A stretch of DNA of 48,260 nt. It comes from an uncultured Bacteriovoracaceae bacterium (GTDB lineage Bacteria; Bdellovibrionota; Bacteriovoracia; Bacteriovoracales; Bacteriovoracaceae). The notes beneath the pieces are model-generated. The model was not told the DNA's origin and ran no database searches. It saw only the letters and a program-made list of their open reading frames with translations. Numbering within the stretch: the stretch's first letter is position 1; each line of letters begins with the position of its first letter. The translations under genes were made by a program, and so were the position numbers. Below, in pieces: positions 9,723 through 18,674 of the stretch. The DNA lies in contig CAXGUD010000026.1 in NCBI GenBank assembly GCA_964012805.1, positions 1 to 48,260 of the forward strand, in the 5' to 3' direction.

Positions 9723-10376
9723 CTAAAAGAAAAAACCTTTAAACTTAATTATATTTTTGTAAATTATATGGAGAGAAAAAATTAAAAGAGCTACCGAAAG
9801 AATTTTATCAATATAACTTTTCCAATTAAACATTAATATTTTTAGTGGTTTAAATTGAAGTATAAGACCTATTAATGACCAAATGAGCATACATTCAAAA
9901 ATTAAAACTAAAGAGATTTTTAATTTTGTTTCCAAAGTAAGGTTTTGAGGTACGAACTGGGTGAAAAAACTTAAAATAAAAAGAAGTACTTTTGGATTAA
10001 GGATATTACACAGGAAACCCTCCTTTAAAGATTCTTTTAACTTATAATTTTGTAAGTAAAAATTTGACTGGGTCTCATTTATGATCTCATTGGAGCTCCT
10101 CCATATTTTTAAAGCAAGATATAGCAAATAAAGTGCCCCACAAAAACTAACGATTTCTTTTAGTATTGGGTTTTGGGTAATGATGTACGAAAATCCAAAA
10201 ATTACGAAACATGTGTGGATCGTAAAACCAAATGTAATTCCAAGCGATGTTGCTAATCCAGACTTAAAACCATATTGCCCATTTTTTAAAATAAGAATAA
10301 AGTCAGGTCCAGGGCTCATCATTGCTAAAAACATAATGACCACTAAAGACCAATATTCAAAAATAAATTGCATCAT
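9723..10376 (-). CDS. LysE/RhtB family amino-acid exporter
   Basis: MSPGPDF, GALYLLYLA, GFLCNILNPK motifs; hydrophobic. Confidence 0.93.
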   Translation of the reverse strand: MMQFIFEYWSLVVIMFLAMMSPGPDFILILKNGQYGFKSGLATSLGITFGFTIHTCFVIFGFSYIITQNPILKEIVSFCGALYLLYLALKIWRSSNEIINETQSNFYLQNYKLKESLKEGFLCNILNPKVLLFILSFFTQFVPQNLTLETKLKISLVLIFECMLIWSLIGLILQFKPLKILMFNWKSYIDKILSVALLIFSLHIIYKNIIKFKGFFF

Positions 10377-10502
10377 ATATATGCCATCTCCAAAAAAACA
10401 GCAGTAACCGACTAAAAAGGTCTTCTAAGGGAAGTCAAGGTTATTAAATTTTTCATTCCGGTTTGTTTTTACTAAAAATAATTTTCAACGTAAAATTAAT
10501 CC

Positions 10503-11480
10503 ATGAAAAAATTAACAATGCTTTTTTTCATACTGATTTTGATATCGGGCCCAAGGTGTTTTGCTGCAAAAGTCAGCAAAACAAGATCATTTGAGCTTTG
10601 GAAACAAAAATTTATTGAAAAAGCTTCAAAAAAGGGTCTTCCAAAAAGATTTTTAGTCAAGCATTTAAAAAATATCAGATACCAGCCTGGTATCATTGAT
10701 AAAGACCGTAATCAAGTAACCTCCAGCACGAAAATAAACTATCCTACCTGGATAAAGAAGTGGATTGGCAATAAACCAACAAGGATACAAAAAGGGAAGG
10801 CACACTTAAAAAAATATGAAAAGATTCTTAATGATATTGAAAAGCGTTATGGAGTTGATAAAGAGATTATTGTTTCCCTTTGGGGTGTTGAAACACTCTA
10901 CGGAAAAATTATGGGGAAATATAAAATTATTGACTCCTTAACGACCCTTGCTTTTGATAAACGAAGAAGGGTCTTTTTTGAAAAAGAGCTTTTATCAGCT
11001 TTGATTATAATTAAAGAAGGTCATATAAAGAAAAAGAACTTTTTAGGAAGTTGGGCCGGTGCGATGGGGCAGTGCCAATTTATGCCTTCAAGCTTTTTAA
11101 AGTACGCTCAAGATTATGATGGAGATGGTAAAAAAGATATATGGACAAATAAAAAAGATATTTTTGCATCAATCGCTAACTTCCTCAAAAAGGCAAATTG
11201 GAAAAAGCATAAATCAATTGGTCTTCTCGTTAAAAATAGTAGTGGAAAAAAGAATTTTGAAATTCAAGAAAGACGCACCCCTTCTAGCTATAATAAGCTA
11301 GGTTTGAGACTTTTAAATGGTGAACCACTAAAGGGACAGTGGAAAAGAAGAGCTGCAGTGATTAGCCATAAAAACTCACCCATAATTCTAAGGGGTTCTA
11401 ATTACGAAACAATTATGAAATGGAATAAATCGAGTCTTTTCGCAGCATTAAATATTATGTTAATGGAATCATTCAAATAA
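10503..11480 (+). CDS. Lytic murein transglycosylase (MltB/SltB family)
   Basis: WGVETLYG catalytic Glu, GSWAGAMGQCQFMPSS, EF-hand DYDGDGKKDIW, ASIANFL. Confidence 0.94.
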   Translation: MKKLTMLFFILILISGPRCFAAKVSKTRSFELWKQKFIEKASKKGLPKRFLVKHLKNIRYQPGIIDKDRNQVTSSTKINYPTWIKKWIGNKPTRIQKGKAHLKKYEKILNDIEKRYGVDKEIIVSLWGVETLYGKIMGKYKIIDSLTTLAFDKRRRVFFEKELLSALIIIKEGHIKKKNFLGSWAGAMGQCQFMPSSFLKYAQDYDGDGKKDIWTNKKDIFASIANFLKKANWKKHKSIGLLVKNSSGKKNFEIQERRTPSSYNKLGLRLLNGEPLKGQWKRRAAVISHKNSPIILRGSNYETIMKWNKSSLFAALNIMLMESFK

Positions 11481-11481
11481 A

Positions 11482-12948
11482 ATGACTATTATTATTAAAT
11501 TGATATGTTCATTTTTTATAAGTTTCTTCTGTCTTTCCTCGTTCGCACTTGGAGCTGTTAGTCCTGGGAAAATTGAATTACCAGCTATGCCGGAAAGTTC
11601 TAATGGTTCTAAAAAGGGCCAACTTAAAAATTTAGGATTATCTTATTCTCTTATGGATCTTCAAACGGGAAAGCTTGTCGATTCTAAATTTCCATCAAAG
11701 CCAAGAAGTTTAGCTTCAGTTTCAAAATTACTAACATTTTATTTTGCTTTAGAAGTGTTGGGCCCAAAAGATAACTTCAAAACCGAAGTTTATAAAGAGG
11801 GTCAAGTTGTGAATGGTGTTCTTAAGGGCAATCTTTATTTAAAGGGTTATGGAGCTCCATACTTTACGGCAAGTCACATACTTTCTCTTATCCACCAGAT
11901 TAAAGGTCATGGGATTAAAAAGGTGGAAGGAGAGTTTTTGTATGATGGATTAGAACAATTTTCATACCCAAGGATCTCTGAGATAGGTTTGGAGGATCAA
12001 GCAGACAACCCTTCTTTGGGGGCTCTGAATGTGGAGTTTAATAGATTTAAGGTTTGGACTAGGTTAAATATTGCTCTTCCTCCACTTAACTATTTTGTTG
12101 TTAAGTCTGAACGTGCACCGAGAGGTGGGCCAAGGTTTAAATTTGACGTCGGGGAAAGAGGCAATGAAGTTTGGAAAAAAAACTCAGCTGTTCGTATGAG
12201 GAGTCTCGAAGACCTCCCAAGTAAAAATTCAAATCGATTCACGTCTTCTTTTTTTCATTATTTAGCAGGTATTCATGGGCTACAATTAAATCAGCCTAAG
12301 GAAAAGAAAGTCCCATCTAATGCTAAGATTTTAGGTTATCACGAAGGCCTTCCTTTAATTAGGCTTGCCTCATTAGGATTGGAGTACTCAAATAATTTAA
12401 TTGCTGAGATGGCGATGTTAAAAGCTGTAAAAAAGTTAACAGGTGAAAAAAGATCTTTAGAGGAGTCAGCTTACTTTATGCACGAATGGTTTAAGAAGTC
12501 TTTCCCAAAAATTAATTGGGGAGGTTCTTCACTAACTAATGCATCAGGTTTGACCGTTGATAATAAAATGGGCCCTAAAAATATGGTCGATCTTCTTCTA
12601 ATGCTCAAAGATAAAAAGTTTAATAAGAGGTCTTTTTGGTCGCTCTTATCCATAAATGGGCATAGCGGAGGCCTTTCAAGAAGACTCCGCCATCCTGAAT
12701 ATGCCTTTAGAGTTTATGGAAAAACGGGTTCCTTGTTCTATGTTAACAATTTGGCTGGGTATCTATTGGGTAAGTCTGGTAAAAAGTACGCTTTTGCTTT
12801 ATTTGCTGCTAACGATAAAAAAAGGCATTTGCTTAGCATGCTAGACCCTTTAAAGGGAAGAGTTCTTCGGAGAGGAAGTGGATCTTGGAGAAGACGAGCT
12901 CTTAGGAAAATGGATAGAAAGTTAGAGGAGTGGTTAAAAAGTTTTTAG
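11482..12948 (+). CDS. dacB: D-alanyl-D-alanine carboxypeptidase/endopeptidase (PBP4, peptidase S13)
   Basis: Signal peptide; SxxK (ASVSK), GNLYLKG, SNN, ASGL, KTG motifs. Confidence 0.92.
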   Translation: MTIIIKLICSFFISFFCLSSFALGAVSPGKIELPAMPESSNGSKKGQLKNLGLSYSLMDLQTGKLVDSKFPSKPRSLASVSKLLTFYFALEVLGPKDNFKTEVYKEGQVVNGVLKGNLYLKGYGAPYFTASHILSLIHQIKGHGIKKVEGEFLYDGLEQFSYPRISEIGLEDQADNPSLGALNVEFNRFKVWTRLNIALPPLNYFVVKSERAPRGGPRFKFDVGERGNEVWKKNSAVRMRSLEDLPSKNSNRFTSSFFHYLAGIHGLQLNQPKEKKVPSNAKILGYHEGLPLIRLASLGLEYSNNLIAEMAMLKAVKKLTGEKRSLEESAYFMHEWFKKSFPKINWGGSSLTNASGLTVDNKMGPKNMVDLLLMLKDKKFNKRSFWSLLSINGHSGGLSRRLRHPEYAFRVYGKTGSLFYVNNLAGYLLGKSGKKYAFALFAANDKKRHLLSMLDPLKGRVLRRGSGSWRRRALRKMDRKLEEWLKSF

Positions 12949-12974
12949 ACTTCATAAAGAGAGGCTCTTTTCAA

Positions 12975-14249
12975 ATGATGACTTTTTACTCTTTAGGTAA
13001 TTTACATAAATTACCCCAATATAATAAATTATCCGAAGAAGCTAAGACAGCTCTCAAGGTTGTCGGCTCTGTCCTTCCTTTTAGGGTGAATAATTACGTT
13101 ACAGAAAACCTAATAGATTGGGACAACTTTGAAAAAGATCCAATTTATAGGTTAACCTTTGTTGAAAGGGAGATGCTGTCTGAAAATCAATTTCAGAAGA
13201 TGAAGTCTATAATTGAAGACAGTCATAGCACTCAAAGAGATATCAATGAAACAGCTAATAGCATCAGACGTGAACTTAATCCTCATCCATCAGGTCAATT
13301 AACGACAAATATTCCTTCTTTTGAGGGGAAGCCTGTTCCTGGAGTTCAACACAAATATAGAGAGACAGTTCTAATTTTTCCTTCTCAGGCACAACAATGT
13401 CATAGCTATTGCACTTTCTGCTTTCGTTGGGCCCAGTTTGTTGGAGACCCGGAATTAAAGTTTTCTACAAACAGAGAAATGCAGTTTTTGGATTATATTT
13501 CATCACATAAGGAAGTTAGTGATGTTCTTATAACAGGGGGAGACCCCATGATAATGCAGGCCAAAGGGTTGTCTCAATATATTTTGCCTTTTCTGGAAAA
13601 AGGAATGGAGCATATAAAGAATATCCGTATAGGCTCAAAGTCGTTAACTTATTGGCCTTATAGGTTCACCCATGACAAGGACTCTGAAGAGGTTCTTTCC
13701 CTTTTTCGACTGGTTAAAAAACGGGGGAAGCACCTTTCTTTCATGGCACATATTAATCACCCCCAAGAGATGAAAACGAAAGAGTTTGAAGAAGCTGTTT
13801 GTAAAATTTTAGAAACAGGCGCCACAATAAGGACTCAATCACCCCTCATTCGAAGGATAAATGATAGCAGCGAAATTTGGAGCGATATGTGGAAAAAGCA
13901 AGTCAAGCTAGGCATGATTCCCTACTATATGTTTGTAGAAAGGGATACGGGACCTAAGCACTTCTTTGAGCTACCTCTCTCACAGGCTTTAAAAATTTAT
14001 CAAGAGGCAATTAGGAATGTTTCAGGTCTTGCAAGAACTGCTCGGGGACCATCTATGTCTGCCTATCCAGGAAAAGTTTGTGTAGATGGTGTTGTTAATG
14101 TACATGGAAAAAAAGTGTTTGTTTTGAGTCTTCTTCAGGCTCGATCTCCTGAACTCGTGAAACGTCCTTTCTTTGCTGAGTACGACGGCGACGCAAAATG
14201 GCTTACCGACCTTCGACCTGCTTTCGCAGATCGATTCCCTTTTGAGTAG
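12975..14249 (+). CDS. KamA-family radical SAM protein (lysine 2,3-aminomutase-like)
   Basis: GVQHKYRETV, CHSYCTFCFR, DVLITGGDP, HINHPQE, PYYMF, PGKV; ATG 12975 preferred. Confidence 0.9.
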   Translation: MMTFYSLGNLHKLPQYNKLSEEAKTALKVVGSVLPFRVNNYVTENLIDWDNFEKDPIYRLTFVEREMLSENQFQKMKSIIEDSHSTQRDINETANSIRRELNPHPSGQLTTNIPSFEGKPVPGVQHKYRETVLIFPSQAQQCHSYCTFCFRWAQFVGDPELKFSTNREMQFLDYISSHKEVSDVLITGGDPMIMQAKGLSQYILPFLEKGMEHIKNIRIGSKSLTYWPYRFTHDKDSEEVLSLFRLVKKRGKHLSFMAHINHPQEMKTKEFEEAVCKILETGATIRTQSPLIRRINDSSEIWSDMWKKQVKLGMIPYYMFVERDTGPKHFFELPLSQALKIYQEAIRNVSGLARTARGPSMSAYPGKVCVDGVVNVHGKKVFVLSLLQARSPELVKRPFFAEYDGDAKWLTDLRPAFADRFPFE

Positions 14250-14284
14250 GTCGATAAGCGTATTTCTTTGTTTTGCGGTTTAGA

Positions 14285-14479
14285 TTACTTGCGGTTAACC
14301 TTTACTGCGCAGGGACCTTTTCTACCTTCACCAATTTCAAATTCAACAGTGTCTCCCTCAGCAATAGGTCCATTCTCAATTCCTGTGGCATGAACAAAAA
14401 GATCTTTCTCACCATTGTCTGGCTTAATGAAACCAAAACCTTTCTCTTCGTTAAAAAATTTTACTGTGCCAGTTTCCAT
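14285..14479 (-). CDS. Cold-shock protein (CspA family)
   Basis: [15 protein letters not shown] (RNP1), DLFVH (RNP2). Confidence 0.97.
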   Translation of the reverse strand: METGTVKFFNEEKGFGFIKPDNGEKDLFVHATGIENGPIAEGDTVEFEIGEGRKGPCAVKVNRK

Positions 14480-14697
14480 AATTCTTCCTTCTTTCTTCTA
14501 GATTTAATCTGTAATTCAAGTTTTTGAGTAGTAAAACTCTAGAGGAATTTATATAAACCTTGGAGGCTAATAGCAATAATTTTTAGCTATTTTCTTAAAA
14601 TACTGCTCATTTTAATTAATTTAAGAGAGATTTAACTCCAAAATGGGCCAAAATGAGCCACTTTTCCCGTATTTTATATATGTTTTAGATTATGTAA

Positions 14698-14991
14698 TTA
14701 TTTATTAAAGGACTCTAAAACTTTTTTTAAGAGGCTTTCTTTGATCATTTCGACTTTGTCATCAGCCCTTTTTTTCTGGTTTAGGTAGAATTCATTCCAT
14801 TTTTTTAATGTTTTTTGAGACAGAGTTTGTTCATTTTTTAGTTTAAGCTCAAGGTGCTCTTTTTTGAAGTCTAGATAGCTTTCCAGTTCGAAAAAAGCGA
14901 GAAAAAGGAAGCAGGGTATAGCTATAGTTAGGGTTAAATTTCTCAGAATCCTAGTTCCGCATTCTAGCTTTTCTAAGTTCTCTTTGAGCAT
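14698..14991 (-). CDS. Small single-TM hypothetical protein
   Basis: 97-aa ORF with one hydrophobic helix, 29 bp downstream of the LOV gene. Confidence 0.6.
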   Translation of the reverse strand: MLKENLEKLECGTRILRNLTLTIAIPCFLFLAFFELESYLDFKKEHLELKLKNEQTLSQKTLKKWNEFYLNQKKRADDKVEMIKESLLKKVLESFNK

Positions 14992-15020
14992 GGGCTAGTT
15001 CCGGTTTTGTTTTAACAAAT

Positions 15021-15593
15021 TTATAGGCTTTTAATAAAACTGCATATCTCTTGAACTTTATTTTTAGTTCTTTGGATAAAGTCTTCGTAATTTAACTCGG
15101 AGGAGTTATAGAAAATGAGTTCTGAAGCCCTTTCTGAGTTCATGATATCTGCAAATGGGTTTTTTACCTTTTTTGAAATTTGGTTTTTTTGTAGTTGATT
15201 ATTAAATTGGGCTATCTTCTCCTGTGATGTAGAGATTTCCATTTGTATACCTACGTAGTAGGTGCAAGACTCGGGAGTTGGACCAACAGGGAAGAGGGCC
15301 AAACGGTTCCAAAAAACATCTCCATTTTTTTTGTGGTTAAGAATATCAAAATAACAACACTCGTAATTGTCGAGAGATTTACGTATATTTTTTATTGTCA
15401 GAGGATCTGTTTTTGGGCCTTGAAGGAAGCGGCAGTTTTTTCCTAAAATTTCTTCTTTAGCATAGCCAGTCAGTTCAACAAAAGAATTATTTACAAAAAC
15501 AAGAGGTTGCTCATCCAGGGTAAAATCCGCCACAACGAACGAAATTGGAAAATATTCTCCACATGAACTCAGTATTGTCTTTAAATCTTGCAT
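15021..15593 (-). CDS. LOV-domain blue-light photoreceptor with short helical C-terminus
   Basis: GKNCRFLQ with photoactive Cys, LVFVNNSF.ELTGY, N..KNG..FWNRL, VGIQ. Confidence 0.92.
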   Translation of the reverse strand: MQDLKTILSSCGEYFPISFVVADFTLDEQPLVFVNNSFVELTGYAKEEILGKNCRFLQGPKTDPLTIKNIRKSLDNYECCYFDILNHKKNGDVFWNRLALFPVGPTPESCTYYVGIQMEISTSQEKIAQFNNQLQKNQISKKVKNPFADIMNSERASELIFYNSSELNYEDFIQRTKNKVQEICSFIKSL

Positions 15594-15646
15594 ATCGTTA
15601 TTTAAGCTCCAGCCATTTTTTCAAAGTTAAAAAAAATAAACCTCTA

Positions 15647-16585
15647 TCACTGTTTTAAGTCGTCTTTGTTCCTCTGACAAGCATTTTGAAGTGCTTGGTC
15701 AATTTTAGGAAAATGGAAGGTAAAATTAAGGTCTTTTAGTTTTTGCGACACAATTTTTTGGCTATCCAGCATTATTGATGACATCTCCCCAAAAGCGACT
15801 TTTAGCGCAAAAGGAGGGACAGGGAAGATAACAGGCCTTTTGAGGGCCTTTCCTAAAGAAAGCGAGAACTCCTTATTTGTTACAGGATGGGGAGAAACCC
15901 CATTGATAACACCTTCAAAATCTTCCCTTTTGAGTGATTCTACAAAGAGGTCACTCAGGTCCTCTATATGAATCCAGCTCATAACGTGCTGGCCAGAGCC
16001 GATAGGACCCCCTAAACCAAGGTTAAATATAGGACAAAGTCTTTTTAGGATTCCACCTTCTCTTCCAATGACGACTCCAATCCTTATTTTGATGACCCTT
16101 TTAGCTTTTGTAAGAGATAGAGAAGCCTTTTCCCACTCATCGCAAACTTCTGCCAGAAAACCTTCTCCTTTAGGTGATTCTTCTGTTAACGTCTCTGTCT
16201 GGTTAACTACATAATGTCCTATAGCAGAAGCTGAAATAAACGAATCAAGGGGCTTTTCGCAGTGCTCTTCAATACCTTTAATGAGGTTTTTAGTCCCATG
16301 AACTCTTGAATTGAAAATCTTTTCTTTTTGGCTTTTAGACCACCTCTTTTCTGATAAGTTTTCACCCATAAGGTTAATAACCGCGTCAGTATCCTTAAAG
16401 GCTTCTTTTGGAGGAATGGTATTTTCAGGATCGGCCCATTCAACGAAAATTATGTTTTGTTTTGTCATATTATTAAGATTATTTTTATTTCTGGTGAGAA
16501 CAGTCACAGTGTGCCCTTCACGAATGAGTTTAGAGCATAGACTTTTACCTACGAATCCTGTTGCACCGGTCATTAAAATATTCAC
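15647..16585 (-). CDS. TIGR01777 family NAD-dependent epimerase/oxidoreductase
   Basis: TGATGFVG, VINLMGE, SRVHGT, GLGGPIGSG..MSWIHIED, DUF1731-like C-terminus. Confidence 0.93.
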   Translation of the reverse strand: MNILMTGATGFVGKSLCSKLIREGHTVTVLTRNKNNLNNMTKQNIIFVEWADPENTIPPKEAFKDTDAVINLMGENLSEKRWSKSQKEKIFNSRVHGTKNLIKGIEEHCEKPLDSFISASAIGHYVVNQTETLTEESPKGEGFLAEVCDEWEKASLSLTKAKRVIKIRIGVVIGREGGILKRLCPIFNLGLGGPIGSGQHVMSWIHIEDLSDLFVESLKREDFEGVINGVSPHPVTNKEFSLSLGKALKRPVIFPVPPFALKVAFGEMSSIMLDSQKIVSQKLKDLNFTFHFPKIDQALQNACQRNKDDLKQ

Positions 16586-16682
16586 AAGTCCTCCCTTTAA
16601 TTCCTAAAAATTCTTCTCATACTACTTTATAGCAAGTTTTAAATTTAGTCTTCGAATGGATGGCCTCGTTGGTGAATTTAAA

Positions 16683-16704
16683 GTTAGACAAAATTTCTAC
16701 AATA
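16683..16704. promoter_or_regulatory. Putative CarH/CarA-type operator (11-bp direct repeats)
   Basis: TAGACA (16685-90) and TCTACA (16696-701) 11 bp apart, matching TnnACA repeats. Confidence 0.4.
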
Positions 16705-16839
16705 CTAGTGTTTTTTGGTATTTAAGAACTTAAGTTATTGAAAATATTAGATTTTATTGCTTATTTTTAAATTATACAAGATTCAATTATTATGAAACCT
16801 AGAGTATTATGAGATTATAAAATGGATCAGGAGGAAAAT

Positions 16840-17787
16840 ATGATGGGCAAATATAATATTCAAATAGCTTCCAAGTTGTCTGGGGTAGGGACTCACACCC
16901 TTAGAGCGTGGGAGAAACGCTATGGAGCAGTTGTTCCAACACGAAATGATTCTGGTAGAAGGCTCTATAGTGATGATGATATTGAAAAACTTCGCCTCCT
17001 ATCTGAACTTTGTTCCCTAGGTAGTTCAATAGGGACGATTGCTAAAAACAGTGTCGATGACTTGAAAGGCTTTTTGAAGAAATTGGGTAAAAGCGACGAG
17101 CCTTCTTTGCCAAAGTTTTCCCTTGATCAAGAAGATAATTCAAAGCAGTCTAAGGAGTCTTTGGAAAGTCTGATTTTTGCAATTAAGCAATACAAGTTAG
17201 ATGTTATATCTCACGAGATAGAGAAGCTGAAAATTACTCATTCGCCTCGTAGTTTGGCCATTGATATTATTTCTCCGCTTCTTCATGAGGTAGGCTTAAG
17301 GGTTTATAGTGGTTACCTGGGTGTATCTCAACAACAGGCCTTATTGTCTTTACTTAAATTCCATATAGGACACATTTTATTTAAAAATTACAGCCAAAAA
17401 ACAAAAAGACCTTATTTGGTTGGTTTGGCAACTCCAGAAACAGACTACTCAGAGTTCGGAATTCTTTTGTATGGCCTTCTTTGCTGTCATTATGGAGTTA
17501 ACTATATTTATATGGGTCCCAACATGCCTTCTGAGGGGATTTTGGAAATTTCAAAGTCGGTTGAAGCCAATATCATACTTGTTTGTGCAGGTAGTTTTAT
17601 ATCTCCTAGTAAAGAAAGCTTTCTTAACCTTTTCTTGGATAAAGTTCTAAAAGGAGTGGATAAGGATCAAAAAGTATGGCTTGGAGGAGGTGCACGTTTT
17701 AATCTAGCTAAGTTCCAAAAAAGTAAGAATTTTAGTTTTGTACCCGATTTGCAACATTTGGATGGTTACCTCAAAGAATTGATTTAG
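16840..17787 (+). CDS. MerR family regulator, CarH/LitR architecture (HTH + helical bundle + B12-binding-like Rossmann domain)
   Basis: HTLRAWEKRYGAVVPTRNDSGRRLYS; YMGPNMP; VWLGG; AGGAGG RBS before ATG 16840. Confidence 0.9.
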   Translation: MMGKYNIQIASKLSGVGTHTLRAWEKRYGAVVPTRNDSGRRLYSDDDIEKLRLLSELCSLGSSIGTIAKNSVDDLKGFLKKLGKSDEPSLPKFSLDQEDNSKQSKESLESLIFAIKQYKLDVISHEIEKLKITHSPRSLAIDIISPLLHEVGLRVYSGYLGVSQQQALLSLLKFHIGHILFKNYSQKTKRPYLVGLATPETDYSEFGILLYGLLCCHYGVNYIYMGPNMPSEGILEISKSVEANIILVCAGSFISPSKESFLNLFLDKVLKGVDKDQKVWLGGGARFNLAKFQKSKNFSFVPDLQHLDGYLKELI

Positions 17788-17789
17788 CC

Positions 17790-18203
17790 ATGGACTATTT
17801 TTTCTTTTATGGAACGCTTTTAGACCCTGATGTTTTTTCTACAGTTCTTCTGAAAGGTCAAGATGAGCTTTTTGAGTCCGATTTGACGGTAAGGGGCTTC
17901 CGCTGCTTTAAAGTTTCAGGAGAGTCTTTTCCTGTTCTTCTTCCTTGTTCTAACTCGGAAGCAAAAGGAAAAATTTTTAGAATTCCACAAAGCCTTCAAG
18001 GAAGGCTTAATTTCTTTGAAGATGTGGGCCGTGATTTTCATATTCAATCTTTTAATTTTTTCCACAATAACTGCAAAATTTACTATTTTTCCCCAACCTC
18101 CAAACTAAAGATTTCTAAAACCTATTGGAGTTTTGAAGAGTTTCAAAAAGTGAAAGTAGATTATGTAAAAAGCTGTTTTGAACTCATGAAAGAGATCAAA
18201 TAA
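17790..18203 (+). CDS. Gamma-glutamylcyclotransferase (AIG2-like) family protein
   Basis: FFYGTL N-terminal motif, FPVL, LNFFE. Confidence 0.8.
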   Translation: MDYFFFYGTLLDPDVFSTVLLKGQDELFESDLTVRGFRCFKVSGESFPVLLPCSNSEAKGKIFRIPQSLQGRLNFFEDVGRDFHIQSFNFFHNNCKIYYFSPTSKLKISKTYWSFEEFQKVKVDYVKSCFELMKEIK

Positions 18204-18276
18204 CCTGAATAACTCTATATAGGTGTTTAAATGAAGAGTTAAATCAATTTTTTTGAGATAATTTGTAATGTAATGA

Positions 18277-18306
18277 TTGACGTTAAGGGGCTTCTGCACC
18301 TAGAAT
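18277..18306 (+). promoter_or_regulatory. Sigma70-type promoter of histone gene
   Basis: TTGACG-N18-TAGAAT about 50 bp upstream of ATG 18357. Confidence 0.65.
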
Positions 18307-18356
18307 TTGCCATCATTATTAATAATACTAACGTTTAAAAGATGTTGAGGTAAAAA

Positions 18357-18608
18357 ATGGCTAAAGCTAAAAAGAAAGCAGCGAAAAAAGCAACTAAGAA
18401 AGCAGCTAAAAAAAGCGCTAAAAAAAGCAAGGAGATGCTTTTAGTAGCTTCTAAAACAAAAGATGCTCTTAAAGGTAAGGGTTACAACGTTTCTTCTGAT
18501 GCCCTTGATGCCATGAATGAGTATGTATACTTTCTTGTAGAACAAGCTCAGAAAAAATGTACTGCTAATGGCAGAAAGACTATTCGTTCATACGATATCA
18601 TGTGTTAA
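18357..18608 (+). CDS. Bacterial histone (Bd0055-like histone fold) with Lys/Ala-rich N-terminal tail
   Basis: EMLLVASKTK...NVSSDALDAMN...ANGRKTIRSYDI resembles Bdellovibrio Bd0055 as recalled (LVVTSKVK..NTS...DGRKTVMARDI); GAGGT RBS. Confidence 0.9.
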   Translation: MAKAKKKAAKKATKKAAKKSAKKSKEMLLVASKTKDALKGKGYNVSSDALDAMNEYVYFLVEQAQKKCTANGRKTIRSYDIMC

Positions 18609-18632
18609 TAAATCAAATTTTCAATATTTTTT

Positions 18633-18674
18633 AAGAGCTTCCTTTGGCAGTTTGTTTGAGGAAGCTTTTTTTTT
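18633..18674. terminator. Intrinsic terminator after histone gene
   Basis: AAGAGCTTCCT...AGGAAGCTTTT stem followed by a T run, between convergent genes. Confidence 0.75.

Noticed and set aside
12975..14249. EpmB (EF-P beta-lysylation) assignment
   Set aside because: Longer than typical EpmB and no efp/epmA in the window; left as KamA family
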